Shown here piece after piece: positions 1 to 14,100 of a DNA stretch of 64,000 bases (its first letter is position 1; each line of letters opens with the position of its first letter). The stretch comes from the human T2T-CHM13v2.0 reference genome, Homo sapiens: assembly GCF_009914755.1 (NCBI RefSeq), contig NC_060925.1. One strand, written 5' to 3'. The notes under the pieces were generated by a model, which did no database searches, was not told the origin of the DNA, and saw only the letters and a program-made list of their open reading frames with translations. The translations under genes and the position numbers were made by a program.

Positions 1-364
1 CGATTGGAATCATTATCAAATGGAATCGAATGGAATCACCGAATAGAATCGAATGGAACAATCATCGAATGGACTCAAATGGAATTATCCTCAAATGGAA
101 TCGAATGGAATTATCGAATGCAATCGAATGGAATTATCGAATGCAATCGAATAGAATCATCGAATGGACTCGAATGGAATCATCGAATGGAATGGAATGG
201 AACAGTCAATGAACTCGAATGGAATCATCATTGAATGGAATCGAATGGAATCATCGAGTGGAATCGAATGGAATTATGATCAAATGCAATCGAATGTAAT
301 CCTCATCAAATGGAATCAAAAATAACCATCATCAATTGGTATTGAATGGAATTGTCATCAAATG

Positions 365-2140
365 GAATTCAAAGGAATCATCATCAAATGGAACCGAATG
401 GAATCCTCATTGAATGGAAATGAAAGGGGTCATCATCTAATGGAATCGCATGGAATCATCATCAAATGGAATCGAATGGAATCATCATCAAATGGAATCT
501 AATGGAATCATTGAACAGAATTGAATGGAATCGTCATCGAATGAATTGAATGCAATCATCGAATGGTCTCGAATGGAATCATCTTCTAATGGAAAGGAAT
601 GGAATCATCGCATAGAATCGAATGGAATTATCATCGAATGGAATCGAATGGTATCAACACCAAACGGAAAAAAACGGAATTATCGAATGGAATCGAAGAG
701 AATCTTCGAACGGACCCGAATGGAATCATCTAATGGAATGGAATGGAATAATCCATGGACTCGAATGCAATCATCATCGAATGGAATCGAATGGAATCAT
801 CGAATGGACTCGAATGGAATAATCATTGAACGGAATCGAATGGAATCATCATCGGATGGAAACGAATGGAATCATCATCGAATGGAAATGAAAGGAGTCA
901 TCATCTAATGGAATTGCATGGAATCATCATAAAATGGAATCGAATGGAATCAACATCAAATGGAATCAAATGGAATCATTGAACGGAATTGAATGGAATC
1001 GTCATCGAATGAATTGACTGCAATCATCGAATGGTCTCGAATGGAATCATCTTCAAATGGAATGGAATGGAATCATCGCATAGAATCGAATGGAATTATC
1101 ATCGAATGGAATGGAATGGAATCAACATCAAACGGAAAAAAACGGAATTATCGAATGGAATCGAAGAGAATCATCGAATGGACCCGAATGGAATCATCTA
1201 ATGGAATGGAATGGAATAATCCATGGACTCGAATGCAATCATCATCCAATGGAATCGAATGGAATCATCGAATGGACTCGAATGGAATAATCATTGAACG
1301 GAATCGAATGGAATCATCATCGGATGGAAATGAATGGAATCATCATCGAATGGAATCGAATAGAATTATGGAATGAAATCCAGTGTGATCATCATCGAAT
1401 GGACCCGAATGGAATCATCATCCAACGGAAGCTAATGGAATCAACATCGAATGAATCGAATGGAAACACCATCGAATTGAAACGAATGGAATTATCATGA
1501 AATTGAAATGGATGGACTCATCATCGAATGGATTCGAATGGAATCATCAAATAAAATTGATTGAAATCATCATCGAATGGAATCGAATGGTATCATTGAA
1601 TGGAATCGAATGGAATCATCATCAGATGGAAATGAATGGAATCGTCATAGAATGGAATCGAATGGATTCATTGAATGGAATCAGATGGAATCATCGAATG
1701 GACTGGAATGGAATCATTGAATGGACTTGAAAGGGATCATGATTGAATGGAATTGAATGGAATCATCGAATGGTCTCGATTGGAATCATTATCAAATGGA
1801 ATCGAATGGAATCACCGAATAGAATCGAATGGAACAATCATCGAATGGACTCAAATGGAATTATCCTCAAATGGAATCGAATGGAATTATCGAATGCAAT
1901 CGAATGGAATTATCGAATGCAATCGAATAGAATCATCGAATGGACTCGAATGGAATCATCGAATGGAATGGAATGGAACAGTCAATGAACACGAATGGAA
2001 TCATCATTGAATGGAATCGAATGGAATCATCGAGTGGAATCGAATGGAATTATGATCAAATGGAATCGAATGTAATCATCATCAAATGGAATCAAAAATA
2101 ACCATCATCAATTGGTATTGAATGGAATTGTCATCAAATG
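365..2140 (+). repeat. Representative canonical 1776-bp unit (EcoRI to EcoRI)
   Basis: GAATTC at 365 and 2141. Contains two 468-bp modules plus ~840 bp of once-per-unit sequence with landmarks GAAATCCAGTGTGATC, CAACGGAAGCTAA, ATAAAATTGATTGAAA, GAACAGTCAATG and CAAAAATAACC. Confidence 0.95.
410..1345 (+). repeat. Internal tandem pair of 468-bp modules (A then B) in the 1776-bp unit
   Basis: GGTCTC at 565/1033; ORF starts at 525/993; GAAATGAAAGG(G/A)GTCATCATCTAATGG and AAACGGAAAAAAACGG each occur twice, 468 bp apart. A alleles: TTCTAATGGAAAGG, GGTATCAACACC, CTTCGAACGG. B alleles: TTCAAATGGAATGG, GGAATCAACATC, CATCGAATGGACCC. Confidence 0.93.
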
Positions 2141-5100
2141 GAATTCAAAGGAATCATCATCAAATGGAACCGAATGGAATCCTCATTGAATGGAAATGAA
2201 AGGGGTCATCATCTTATGGAATCGCATGGAATCATCATCAAATGGAATCGAATGGAATCATCATCAAATGGAATCTAATGGAATCATTGAACAGAATTGA
2301 ATGGAATCGTCATCGAATGAATTGAATGCAATCATCGAATGGTCTCGAATGGAATCATCTTCTAATGGAAAGGAATGGAATCATCGCATAGAATCGAATG
2401 GAATTATCATCGAATGGAATCGAATGGTATCAACACCAAACGGAAAAAAACGGAATTATCGAATGGAATCGAAGAGAATCTTCGAACGGACCCGAATGGA
2501 ATCATCTAATGGAATGGAATGGAATAATCCATGGACTCGAATGCAATCATCATCGAATGGAATCGAATGGAATCATCGAATGGACTCGAATGGAATAATC
2601 ATTGAAAGGAATCGAATGGAATCATCATCGGATGGAAACGAATGGAATCATCATCGAATGGAAATGAAAGGAGTCATCATCTAATGCAATTGCATGGAAT
2701 CATCATCAAATGGAATCGAATGGAATCAACATCAAATGGAATCTAATGGAATCATTGAACAGAATTGAATGGAATCGTCATCGAATGAATTGACTGCAAT
2801 CATCGAATGGTCTCGAATGGAATCATCTTCAAATGGAATGGAATGGAATCATCGCATAGAATCGAATGGAATTATCATCGAATGGAATCGAATGGAATCA
2901 ACATCAAACGGAAAAAAACGGAATTATCGAATGGAATCGAAGAGAATCATCGAATGGACCCGAATGGAATCATCTAATGGAATGGAATGGAATAATCCAT
3001 GGACTCGAATGCAATCATCATCGAATGGAATCGAATGGAATCATCGAGTGGACTCGAATGGAATAATCATTGAACGGAATCGAATGGAATCATCATCGGA
3101 TGGAAATGAATGGAATCATCATCGAATGGAATCGAATAGAATTATGGAATTAAATCCAGTGTGATCATCATCGAATGGACCCGAATGGAATCATCATCCA
3201 ACGGAAGCTAATGGAATCAACATCGAATGAATCAAATGGAAACACCATCGAATTGAAACGAATGGAATTATCATGAAATTGAAATGGATGGACTCATCAT
3301 CGAATGGATTCGAATGGAATCATCGAATAAAATTGATTGAAATCATCATCGAATGGAATCGAATGGTATCATTGAATGGAATCGAATGGAATCATCATCA
3401 GATGGAAATGAATGGAATCGTCATAGAATGGAATCGAATGGATTCATTGAATGGAATCAGATGGAATCATCGAATGGACTGGAATGGAATCATTGAATGG
3501 ACTCGAAAGGGATCATGATTGAATGGAATTGAATGGAATCATCGAATGGTCTCGATTGGAATCATTATCAAATGGAATCGAATGGAATCACCGAATAGAA
3601 TCGAATGGAACAATCATCGAATGGACTCAAATGGAATTATCCTCAAATGGAATCGAATGGAATTATCGAATGCAATCGAATGGAATTATCGAATGCAATC
3701 GAATAGAATCATCGAATGGACTCGAATGGAATCATCGAATGGAATGGAATGGAACAGTCAATGAACTCGAATGGAATCATCATTGAATGGAATCGAATGG
3801 AATCATCGAGTGGAATCGAATGGAATTATGATCAAATGCAATCGAATGTAATCCTCATCAAATGGAATCAAAAATAACCATCATCAATTGGTATTGAATG
3901 GAATTGTCATCAAATGGAATTCAAAGGAATCATCATCAAATGGAACCGAATGGAATCCTCATTGAATGGAAATGAAAGGGGTCATCATCTAATGGAATCG
4001 CATGGAATCATCATCAAATGGAATCGAATGGAATCATCATCAAATGGAATCTAATGGAATCATTGAACAGAATTGAATGGAATCGTCATCGAATGAATTG
4101 AATGCAATCATCGAATGGTCTCGAATGGAATCATCTTCTAATGGAAAGGAATGGAATCATCGCATAGAATCGAATGGAATTATCATCGAATGGAATCGAA
4201 TGGTATCAACACCAAACGGAAAAAAACGGAATTATCGAATGGAATCGAAGAGAATCATCGAACGGACCCGAATGGAATCATCTAATGGAATGGAATGGAA
4301 TAATCCATGGACTCGAATGCAATCATCATCGAATGGAATCGAATGGAATCATCGAATGGACTCGAATGGAATAATCATTGAACGGAATCGAATGGAATCA
4401 TCATCGGATGGAAACGAATGGAATCATCATCGAATGGAAATGAAAGGAGTCATCATCTAATGGAATTGCATGGAATCATCATAAAATGGAATCGAATGGA
4501 ATCAACATCAAATCGAATCAAACGGAATCATTGAACAGAATTGAATGGAATCGTCATCGAATGAATTGACTGCAATCATCGAATCGTCTCGAATGGAATC
4601 ATCTTCAAATGGAATGGAATGGAATCATCGCATAGAATCGAATGGAATTATCACCGAATGGAATCGAATGGAATCAACATCAAACGGAAAAAAACGGAAT
4701 TATCGAATGGAATCGAAGAGAATCATCGAATGGACCCGAATGGAATCATCTAATGGAATGGAATGGAATAATCCATGGACTCGAATGCAATCATCATCGA
4801 ATGGAATCGAATGGAATCATCGAATGAACTCGAATGGAATCATCATTGAATGGAATCGAATGGAATCATCGAGTGGAATCGAATGGAATTATGATCAAAT
4901 GGAATCGAATGTAATCATCATCCAATGGAATCAAAAATAACCATCATCAATTGGTATTGAATGGAATTGTCATCAAATGGAATTCTAAGGAATCATCATC
5001 AAATGGAACCGAATGGAATCCTCATTGAATGGAAATGAAAGGGGTCATCATCTAATGGAATCGCATGGAATCATCATCAAATGGAATCGAATGGAATCAT

Positions 5101-8100
5101 CATCAAATGGAATCTAATGGAATCATTGAACAGAATTGAATGGAATCGTCATCGAATGAATTGAATGCAATCATCGAATGGTCTCGAATGGAATCATCTT
5201 CTAATGGAAAGGAATGGAATCATCGCATAGAATCGAATGGAATTATCATCGAATGGAATCGAATGGTATCAACACCAAACGGAAAAAAACGGAATTATCG
5301 AATGGAATCGAAGAGAATCTTCGAACGGACCCGAATGGAATCATCTAATGGAATGGAATGGAATAATCCATGGACTCGAATGCAATCATCATCGAATGGA
5401 ATCGAATGGAATCATCGAATGGACTCGAATGGAATAATCATTGAACGGAATCGAATGGAATCATCATCGGATGGAAACGAATGGAATCATCATCGAATGG
5501 AAATGAAAGGAGTCATCATCTAATGGAATTGCATGGAATCATCATAAAATGGAATCGAATGGAATCAACATCAAATGGAATCAAATGGAATCATTGAACG
5601 GAATTGAATGGAATCGTCATCGAATGAATTGACTGCAATCATCCAATGGTCTCGAATGGAATCATCTTCAAATGGAATGGAATGGAATCATCGCATAGAA
5701 TCGAATGGAATTATCATCGAATGGAATCGAATGGAATCAACATCAAACGGAAAAAAACGGAATTATCGAATGGAATCGAAGAGAATCATCGAATGGACCC
5801 GAATGGAATCATCTAATGGAATGGAATGGAATAATCCATGGACTCGAATGCAATCATCATCGAATGGAATCGAATGGAATCATCGAATGGACTCGAATGG
5901 AATAATCATTGAACGGAATCGAATGGAATCATCATCGGATGGAAATGAATGGAATCATCATCGAATGGAATCGAATAGAATTATGGAATGAAATCCAGTG
6001 TGATCATCATCGAATGGACCCGAATGGAATCATCATCCAACGGAAGCTAATGGAATCAACATCCAATGAATCGAATGGAAACACCATCGAATTGAAACGA
6101 ATGGAATTATCATGAAATTGAAATGGATGGACTCATCATCGAATGGATTCGAATGGAATCATCGAATAAAATTGATTGAAATCATCATCCAATGGAATCG
6201 AATGGTATCATTGAATGGAATCGAATGGAATCATCATCAGATGGAAATGAATGGAATCGTCATAGAATGGAATCGAATGGATTCATTGAATGGAATCAGA
6301 TGGAATCATCGAATGGACTGGAATGGAATCATTGAATGGACTCGAAAGGGATCATTATTGAATGGAATTGAATGGAATCATCGAATGGTCTCGATTGGAA
6401 TCATTATCAAATGGAATCGAATGGAATCACCGAATAGAATCGAATGGAACAATCATCGAATGGACTCAAATGGAATTATCCTCCAATGGAATCGAATGGA
6501 ATTATCGAATGCAATCGAATGGAATTATCGAATGCAATCGAATAGAATCATCGAATGGACTCGAATGGAATCATCGAATGGAATGGAATGGAACAGTCAA
6601 TGAACTCGAATGGAATCATCATTGAATGGAATCGAATGGAATCATCGAGTGGAATCGAATGGAATTATGATCAAATGCAATCGAATGTAATCCTCATCAA
6701 ATGGAATCAAAAATAACCATCATCAATTGGTATTGAATGGAATTGTCATCAAATGGAATTCAAAGGAATCATCATCAAATGGAACCGAATGGAATCCTCA
6801 TTGAATGGAAATGAAAGGGGTCATCATCTAATGGAATCGCATGGAATCATCATCAAATGGAATCGAATGGAATCATCATCAAATGGAATCTAATGGAATC
6901 ATTGAACAGAATTGAATGGAATCGTCATCGAATGAATTGAATGCAATCATCGAATGGTCTCGAATGGAATCATCTTCTAATGGAAAGGAATGGAATCATC
7001 GCATAGAATCGAATGGAATTATCATCGAATGGAATCGAATGGTATCAACACCAAACGGAAAAAAACGGAATTATCGAATGGAATCGAAGAGAATCTTCGA
7101 ACGGACCCGAATGGAATCATCTAATGGAATGGAATGGAATAATCCATGGACTCGAATGCAATCATCATCGAATGGAATCGAATGGAATCATCGAATGGAC
7201 TCGAATGGAATAATCATTGAACGGAATCGAATGGAATCATCATCGGATGGAAACGAATGGAATCATCATCGAATGGAAATGAAAGGAGTCATCATCTAAT
7301 GGAATTGCATGGAATCATCATAAAATGGAATCGAATGGAATCAACATCAAATGGAATCAAATGGAATCATTGAACGGAATTGAATGGAATCGTCATTGAA
7401 TGAATTGACTGCAATCATCGAATGGTCTCGAATGGAATCATCTTCAAATGGAATGGAATGGAATCATCGCATAGAATCGAATGGAATTATCATCGAATGG
7501 AATGGAATGGAATCAACATCAAACGGAAAAAAACGGAATTATCGAATGGAATCGAAGAGAATCATCGAATGGACCCGAATGGAATCATCTAATGGAATGG
7601 AATGGAATAATCCATGGACTCGAATGCAATCATCATCCAATGGAATCGAATGGAATCATCGAATGGACTCGAATGGAATAATCATTGAACGGAATCGAAT
7701 GGAATCATCATCGGATGGAAATGAATGGAATCATCATCGAATGGAATCGAATAGAATTATGGAATGAAATCCAGTGTGATCATCATCGAATGGACCCGAA
7801 TGGAATCATCATCCAACGGAAGCTAATGGAATCAACATCGAATGAATCGAATGGAAACACCATCGAATTGAAACGAATGGAATTATCATGAAATTGAAAT
7901 GGATGGACTCATCATCGAATGGATTCGAATGGAATCATCGAATAAAATTGATTGAAATCATCATCGAATGGAATCGAATGGTATCATTGAATGGAATCGA
8001 ATGGAATCATCATCAGATGGAAATGAATGGAATCGTCATAGAATGGAATCGAATGGATTCATTGAATGGAATCAGATGGAATCATCGAATGGACTGGAAT

Positions 8101-11100
8101 GGAATCATTGAATGGACTTGAAAGGGATCATGATTGAATGGAATTGAATGGAATCATCGAATGGTCTCGATTGGAATCATTATCAAATGGAATCGAATGG
8201 AATCACCGAATAGAATCGAATGGAACAATCATCGAATGGACTCAAATGGAATTATCCTCAAATGGAATCGAATGGAATTATCGAATGCAATCGAATGGAA
8301 TTATCGAATGCAATCGAATAGAATCATCGAATGGACTCGAATGGAATCATCGAATGGAATGGAATGGAACAGTCAATGAACACGAATGGAATCATCATTG
8401 AATGGAATCGAATGGAATCATCGAGTGGAATCGAATGGAATTATGATCAAATGGAATCGAATGTAATCATCATCAAATGGAATCAAAAATAACCATCATC
8501 AATTGGTATTGAATGGAATTGTCATCAAATGGAATTCAAAGGAATCATCATCAAATGGAACCGAATGGAATCCTCATTGAATGGAAATGAAAGGGGTCAT
8601 CATCTTATGGAATCGCATGGAATCATCATCAAATGGAATCGAATGGAATCATCATCAAATGGAATCTAATGGAATCATTGAACAGAATTGAATGGAATCG
8701 TCATCGAATGAATTGAATGCAATCATCGAATGGTCTCGAATGGAATCATCTTCTAATGGAAAGGAATGGAATCATCGCATAGAATCGAATGGAATTATCA
8801 TCGAATGGAATCGAATGGTATCAACACCAAACGGAAAAAAACGGAATTATCGAATGGAATCGAAGAGAATCTTCGAACGGACCCGAATGGAATCATCTAA
8901 TGGAATGGAATGGAATAATCCATGGACTCGAATGCAATCATCATCGAATGGAATCGAATGGAATCATCGAATGGACTCGAATGGAATAATCATTGAAAGG
9001 AATCGAATGGAATCATCATCGGATGGAAACGAATGGAATCATCATCGAATGGAAATGAAAGGAGTCATCATCTAATGCAATTGCATGGAATCATCATCAA
9101 ATGGAATCGAATGGAATCAACATCAAATGGAATCTAATGGAATCATTGAACAGAATTGAATGGAATCGTCATCGAATGAATTGACTGCAATCATCGAATG
9201 GTCTCGAATGGAATCATCTTCAAATGGAATGGAATGGAATCATCGCATAGAATCGAATGGAATTATCATCGAATGGAATCGAATGGAATCAACATCAAAC
9301 GGAAAAAAACGGAATTATCGAATGGAATCGAAGAGAATCATCGAATGGACCCGAATGGAATCATCTAATGGAATGGAATGGAATAATCCATGGACTCGAA
9401 TGCAATCATCATCGAATGGAATCGAATGGAATCATCGAGTGGACTCGAATGGAATAATCATTGAACGGAATCGAATGGAATCATCATCGGATGGAAATGA
9501 ATGGAATCATCATCGAATGGAATCGAATAGAATTATGGAATTAAATCCAGTGTGATCATCATCGAATGGACCCGAATGGAATCATCATCCAACGGAAGCT
9601 AATGGAATCAACATCGAATGAATCAAATGGAAACACCATCGAATTGAAACGAATGGAATTATCATGAAATTGAAATGGATGGACTCATCATCGAATGGAT
9701 TCGAATGGAATCATCGAATAAAATTGATTGAAATCATCATCGAATGGAATCGAATGGTATCATTGAATGGAATCGAATGGAATCATCATCAGATGGAAAT
9801 GAATGGAATCGTCATAGAATGGAATCGAATGGATTCATTGAATGGAATCAGATGGAATCATCGAATGGACTGGAATGGAATCATTGAATGGACTCGAAAG
9901 GGATCATGATTGAATGGAATTGAATGGAATCATCGAATGGTCTCGATTGGAATCATTATCAAATGGAATCGAATGGAATCACCGAATAGAATCGAATGGA
10001 ACAATCATCGAATGGACTCAAATGGAATTATCCTCAAATGGAATCGAATGGAATTATCGAATGCAATCGAATGGAATTATCGAATGCAATCGAATAGAAT
10101 CATCGAATGGACTCGAATGGAATCATCGAATGGAATGGAATGGAACAGTCAATGAACTCGAATGGAATCATCATTGAATGGAATCGAATGGAATCATCGA
10201 GTGGAATCGAATGGAATTATGATCAAATGCAATCGAATGTAATCCTCATCAAATGGAATCAAAAATAACCATCATCAATTGGTATTGAATGGAATTGTCA
10301 TCAAATGGAATTCAAAGGAATCATCATCAAATGGAACCGAATGGAATCCTCATTGAATGGAAATGAAAGGGGTCATCATCTAATGGAATCGCATGGAATC
10401 ATCATCAAATGGAATCGAATGGAATCATCATCAAATGGAATCTAATGGAATCATTGAACAGAATTGAATGGAATCGTCATCGAATGAATTGAATGCAATC
10501 ATCGAATGGTCTCGAATGGAATCATCTTCTAATGGAAAGGAATGGAATCATCGCATAGAATCGAATGGAATTATCATCGAATGGAATCGAATGGTATCAA
10601 CACCAAACGGAAAAAAACGGAATTATCGGATGGAATCGAAGAGAATCTTCGAACGGACCCGAATGGAATCATCTAATGGAATGGAATGGAATAATCCATG
10701 GACTCGAATGCAATCATCATCGAATGGAATCGAATGGAATCATCGAATGGACTCGAATGGAATAATCATTGAACGGAATCGAATGGAATCATCATCGGAT
10801 GGAAACGAATGGAATCATCATCGAATGGAAATGAAAGGAGTCATCATCTAATGGAATTGCATGGAATCATCATAAAATGGAATCGAATGGAATCAACATC
10901 AAATCGAATCAAACGGAATCATTGAACAGAATTGAATGGAATCGTCATCGAATGAATTGACTGCAATCATCGAATGGTCTCGAATGGAATCATCTTCAAA
11001 TGGAATGGAATGGAATCATCGCATAGAATCGAATGGAATTATCACCGAATGGAATCGAATGGAATCAACATCAAACGGAAAAAAACGGAATTATCGAATG

Positions 11101-14100
11101 GAATCGAAGAGAATCATCGAATGGACCCGAATGGAATCATCTAATGGAATGGAATGGAATAATCCATGGACTCGAATGCAATCATCATCGAATGGAATCG
11201 AATGGAATCATCGAATGAACTCGAATGGAATCATCATTGAATGGAATCGAATGGAATCATCGAGTGGAATCGAATGGAATTATGATCAAATGGAATCGAA
11301 TGTAATCATCATCCAATGGAATCAAAAATAACCATCATCAATTGGTATTGAATGGAATTGTCATCAAATGGAATTCTAAGGAATCATCATCAAATGGAAC
11401 CGAATGGAATCCTCATTGAATGGAAATGAAAGGGGTCATCATCTAATGGAATCGCATGGAATCATCATCAAATGGAATCGAATGGAATCATCATCAAATG
11501 GAATCTAATGGAATCATTGAACAGAATTGAATGGAATCGTCATCGAATGAATTGAATGCAATCATCGAATGGTCTCGAATGGAATCATCTTCTAATGGAA
11601 AGGAATGGAATCATCGCATAGAATCGAATGGAATTATCATCGAATGGAATCGAATGGTATCAACACCAAACGGAAAAAAACGGAATTATCGAATGGAATC
11701 GAAGAGAATCTTCGAACGGACCCGAATGGAATCATCTAATGGAATGGAATGGAATAATCCATGGACTCGAATGCAATCATCATCGAATGGAATCGAATGG
11801 AATCATCGAATGGACTCGAATGGAATAATCATTGAACGGAATCGAATGGAATCATCATCGGATGGAAACGAATGGAATCATCATCGAATGGAAATGAAAG
11901 GAGTCATCATCTAATGGAATTGCATGGAATCATCATAAAATGGAATCGAATGGAATCAACATCAAATGGAATCAAATGGAATCATTGAACGGAATTGAAT
12001 GGAATCGTCATCGAATGAATTGACTGCAATCATCGAATGGTCTCGAATGGAATCATCTTCAAATGGAATGGAATGGAATCATCGCATAGAATCGAATGGA
12101 ATTATCATCGAATGGAATCGAATGGAATCAACATCAAACGGAAAAAAACGGAATTATCGAATGGAATCGAAGATAATCATCGAATGGACCCGAATGGAAT
12201 CATCTAATGGAATGGAATGGAATAATCCATGGACTCGAATGCAATCATCATCGAATGGAATCGAATGGAATCATCGAATGGACTCGAATGGAATAATCAT
12301 TGAACGGAATCGAATGGAATCATCATCGGATGGAAATGAATGGAATCATCATCGAATGGAATCGAATAGAATTATGGAAAGAAATCCAGTGTGATCATCA
12401 TCGAATGGACCCGAATGGAATCATCATCCAACGGAAGCTAATGGAATCAACATCGAATGAATCGAATGGAAACACCATCGAATTGAAACGAATGGAATTA
12501 TCATGAAATTGAAATGGATGGACTCATCATCGAATGGATTCGAATGGAATCATCGAATAAAATTGATTGAAATCATCATCCAATGGAATCGAATGGTATC
12601 ATTGAATGGAATCGAATGGAATCATCATCAGATGGAAATGAATGGAATCGTCATAGAATGGAATCGAATGGATTCATTGAATGGAATCAGATGGAATCAT
12701 CGAATGGACTGGAATGGAATCATTGAATGGACTCGAAAGGGATCATTATTGAATGGAATTGAATGGAATCATCGAATGGTCTCGATTGGAATCATTATCA
12801 AATGGAATCGAATGGAATCACCGAATAGAATCGAATGGAACAATCATCGAATGGACTCAAATGGAATTATCCTCCAATGGAATCGAATGGAATTATCGAA
12901 TGCAATCGAATGGAATTATCGAATGCAATCGAATAGAATCATCGAATGGACTCGAATGGAATCATCGAATGGAATGGAATGGAACAGTCAATGAACTCGA
13001 ATGGAATCATCATTGAATGGAATCGAATGGAATCATCGAGTGGAATCGAAAGAAATTATGATCAAATGGAAGCGAACGTAATCATCATCAAATGGAATCA
13101 AAAATAACCATCATCAATTGGTATTGAATGGAATTGTCATCAAATGGAATTCAAAGGAATCATCATCAAATGGAACCGAATGGAATCCTCATTGAATGGA
13201 AATGAAAGGGGTCATCATCTAATGGAATCGCATGGAATCATCATCAAATGGAATCGAATGGAATCATCATCAAATGGAATCTAATGGAATCATTGAACAG
13301 AATTGAATGGAATCGTCATCGAATGAATTGAATGCAATCATCGAATGGTCTCGAATGGAATCATCTTCTAATGGAAAGGAATGGAATCATCGCATAGAAT
13401 CGAATGGAATTATCATCGAATGGAATCGAATGGTATCAACACCAAACGGAAAAAAACGGAATTATCGAATGGAATCGAAGAGAATCTTCGAACGGACCCG
13501 AATGGAATCATCTAATGGAATGGAATGGAATAATCCATGGACTCGAATGCAATCATCATCGAATGGAATGGAATGGAATCATCGAATGGACTCGAATGGA
13601 ATAATCATTGAACGGAATCGAATGGAATCATCATCGGATGGAAACGAATGGAATCATCATCGAATGGAAATGAAAGGAGTCATCATCTAATGGAATTGCA
13701 TGGAATCATCATAAAATGGAATCGAATGGAATCAACATCAAATGGAATCAAATGGAATCATTGAACGAAATTGAATGGAATCGTCATCGAATGAATTGAA
13801 TGCAATCATCGAATGGTCTCGAATGGAATCATCTTCAAATGGAATGGAATGGAATCATCGCATAGAATCGAATGGAATTATCATCGAATGGAATCGAATG
13901 GAATCAACATCAAACGGAAAAAAACGGAATTATCGAATGGAATCGAAGAGAATCATCGAATGGACCCGAATGGAATCATCTAATGGAATGGAATGGAATA
14001 ATCCATGGACTCGAATGCAATCATCATCGAATGGAATCGAATGGAATCATCGAATGGACTCGAATGGAATAATCATTGAACGGAATCGAATGGAATCATC

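Larger units (their letters stand above)
1..13000 (+). repeat. 6391-bp higher-order tandem duplication (3 x 1776 + 1063), about two copies
   Basis: Offsets 525/6916, 2769/9160, 4545/10936 and 5140/11531 all equal 6391. Private variants are shared at that offset (GGACTTGA, GAACACG, ATCTTATGG, GGAATTAAATCC, AATCGAATCAAACGG, GAATTCTAAGG, and the 713-bp deletion junction). Confidence 0.92.

Noticed and set aside
662-678. AAACGGAAAAAAACGG as a poly-A or insertion scar
   Set aside because: It is a fixed part of each A/B module and aligns without gaps to AAACGGAATCAAGCGG in C modules, so it arose by substitution.
698-715. Heat-shock element-like AGAATCTTCGAAC in module A
   Set aside because: Only two correctly spaced inverted nGAAn units; the third is out of phase.
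3320-3345. AATAAA polyadenylation signal in GAATAAAATTGATTG, once per unit
   Set aside because: No GU/U-rich downstream element or transcript context; a hexamer match is expected by chance in an A-rich strand.
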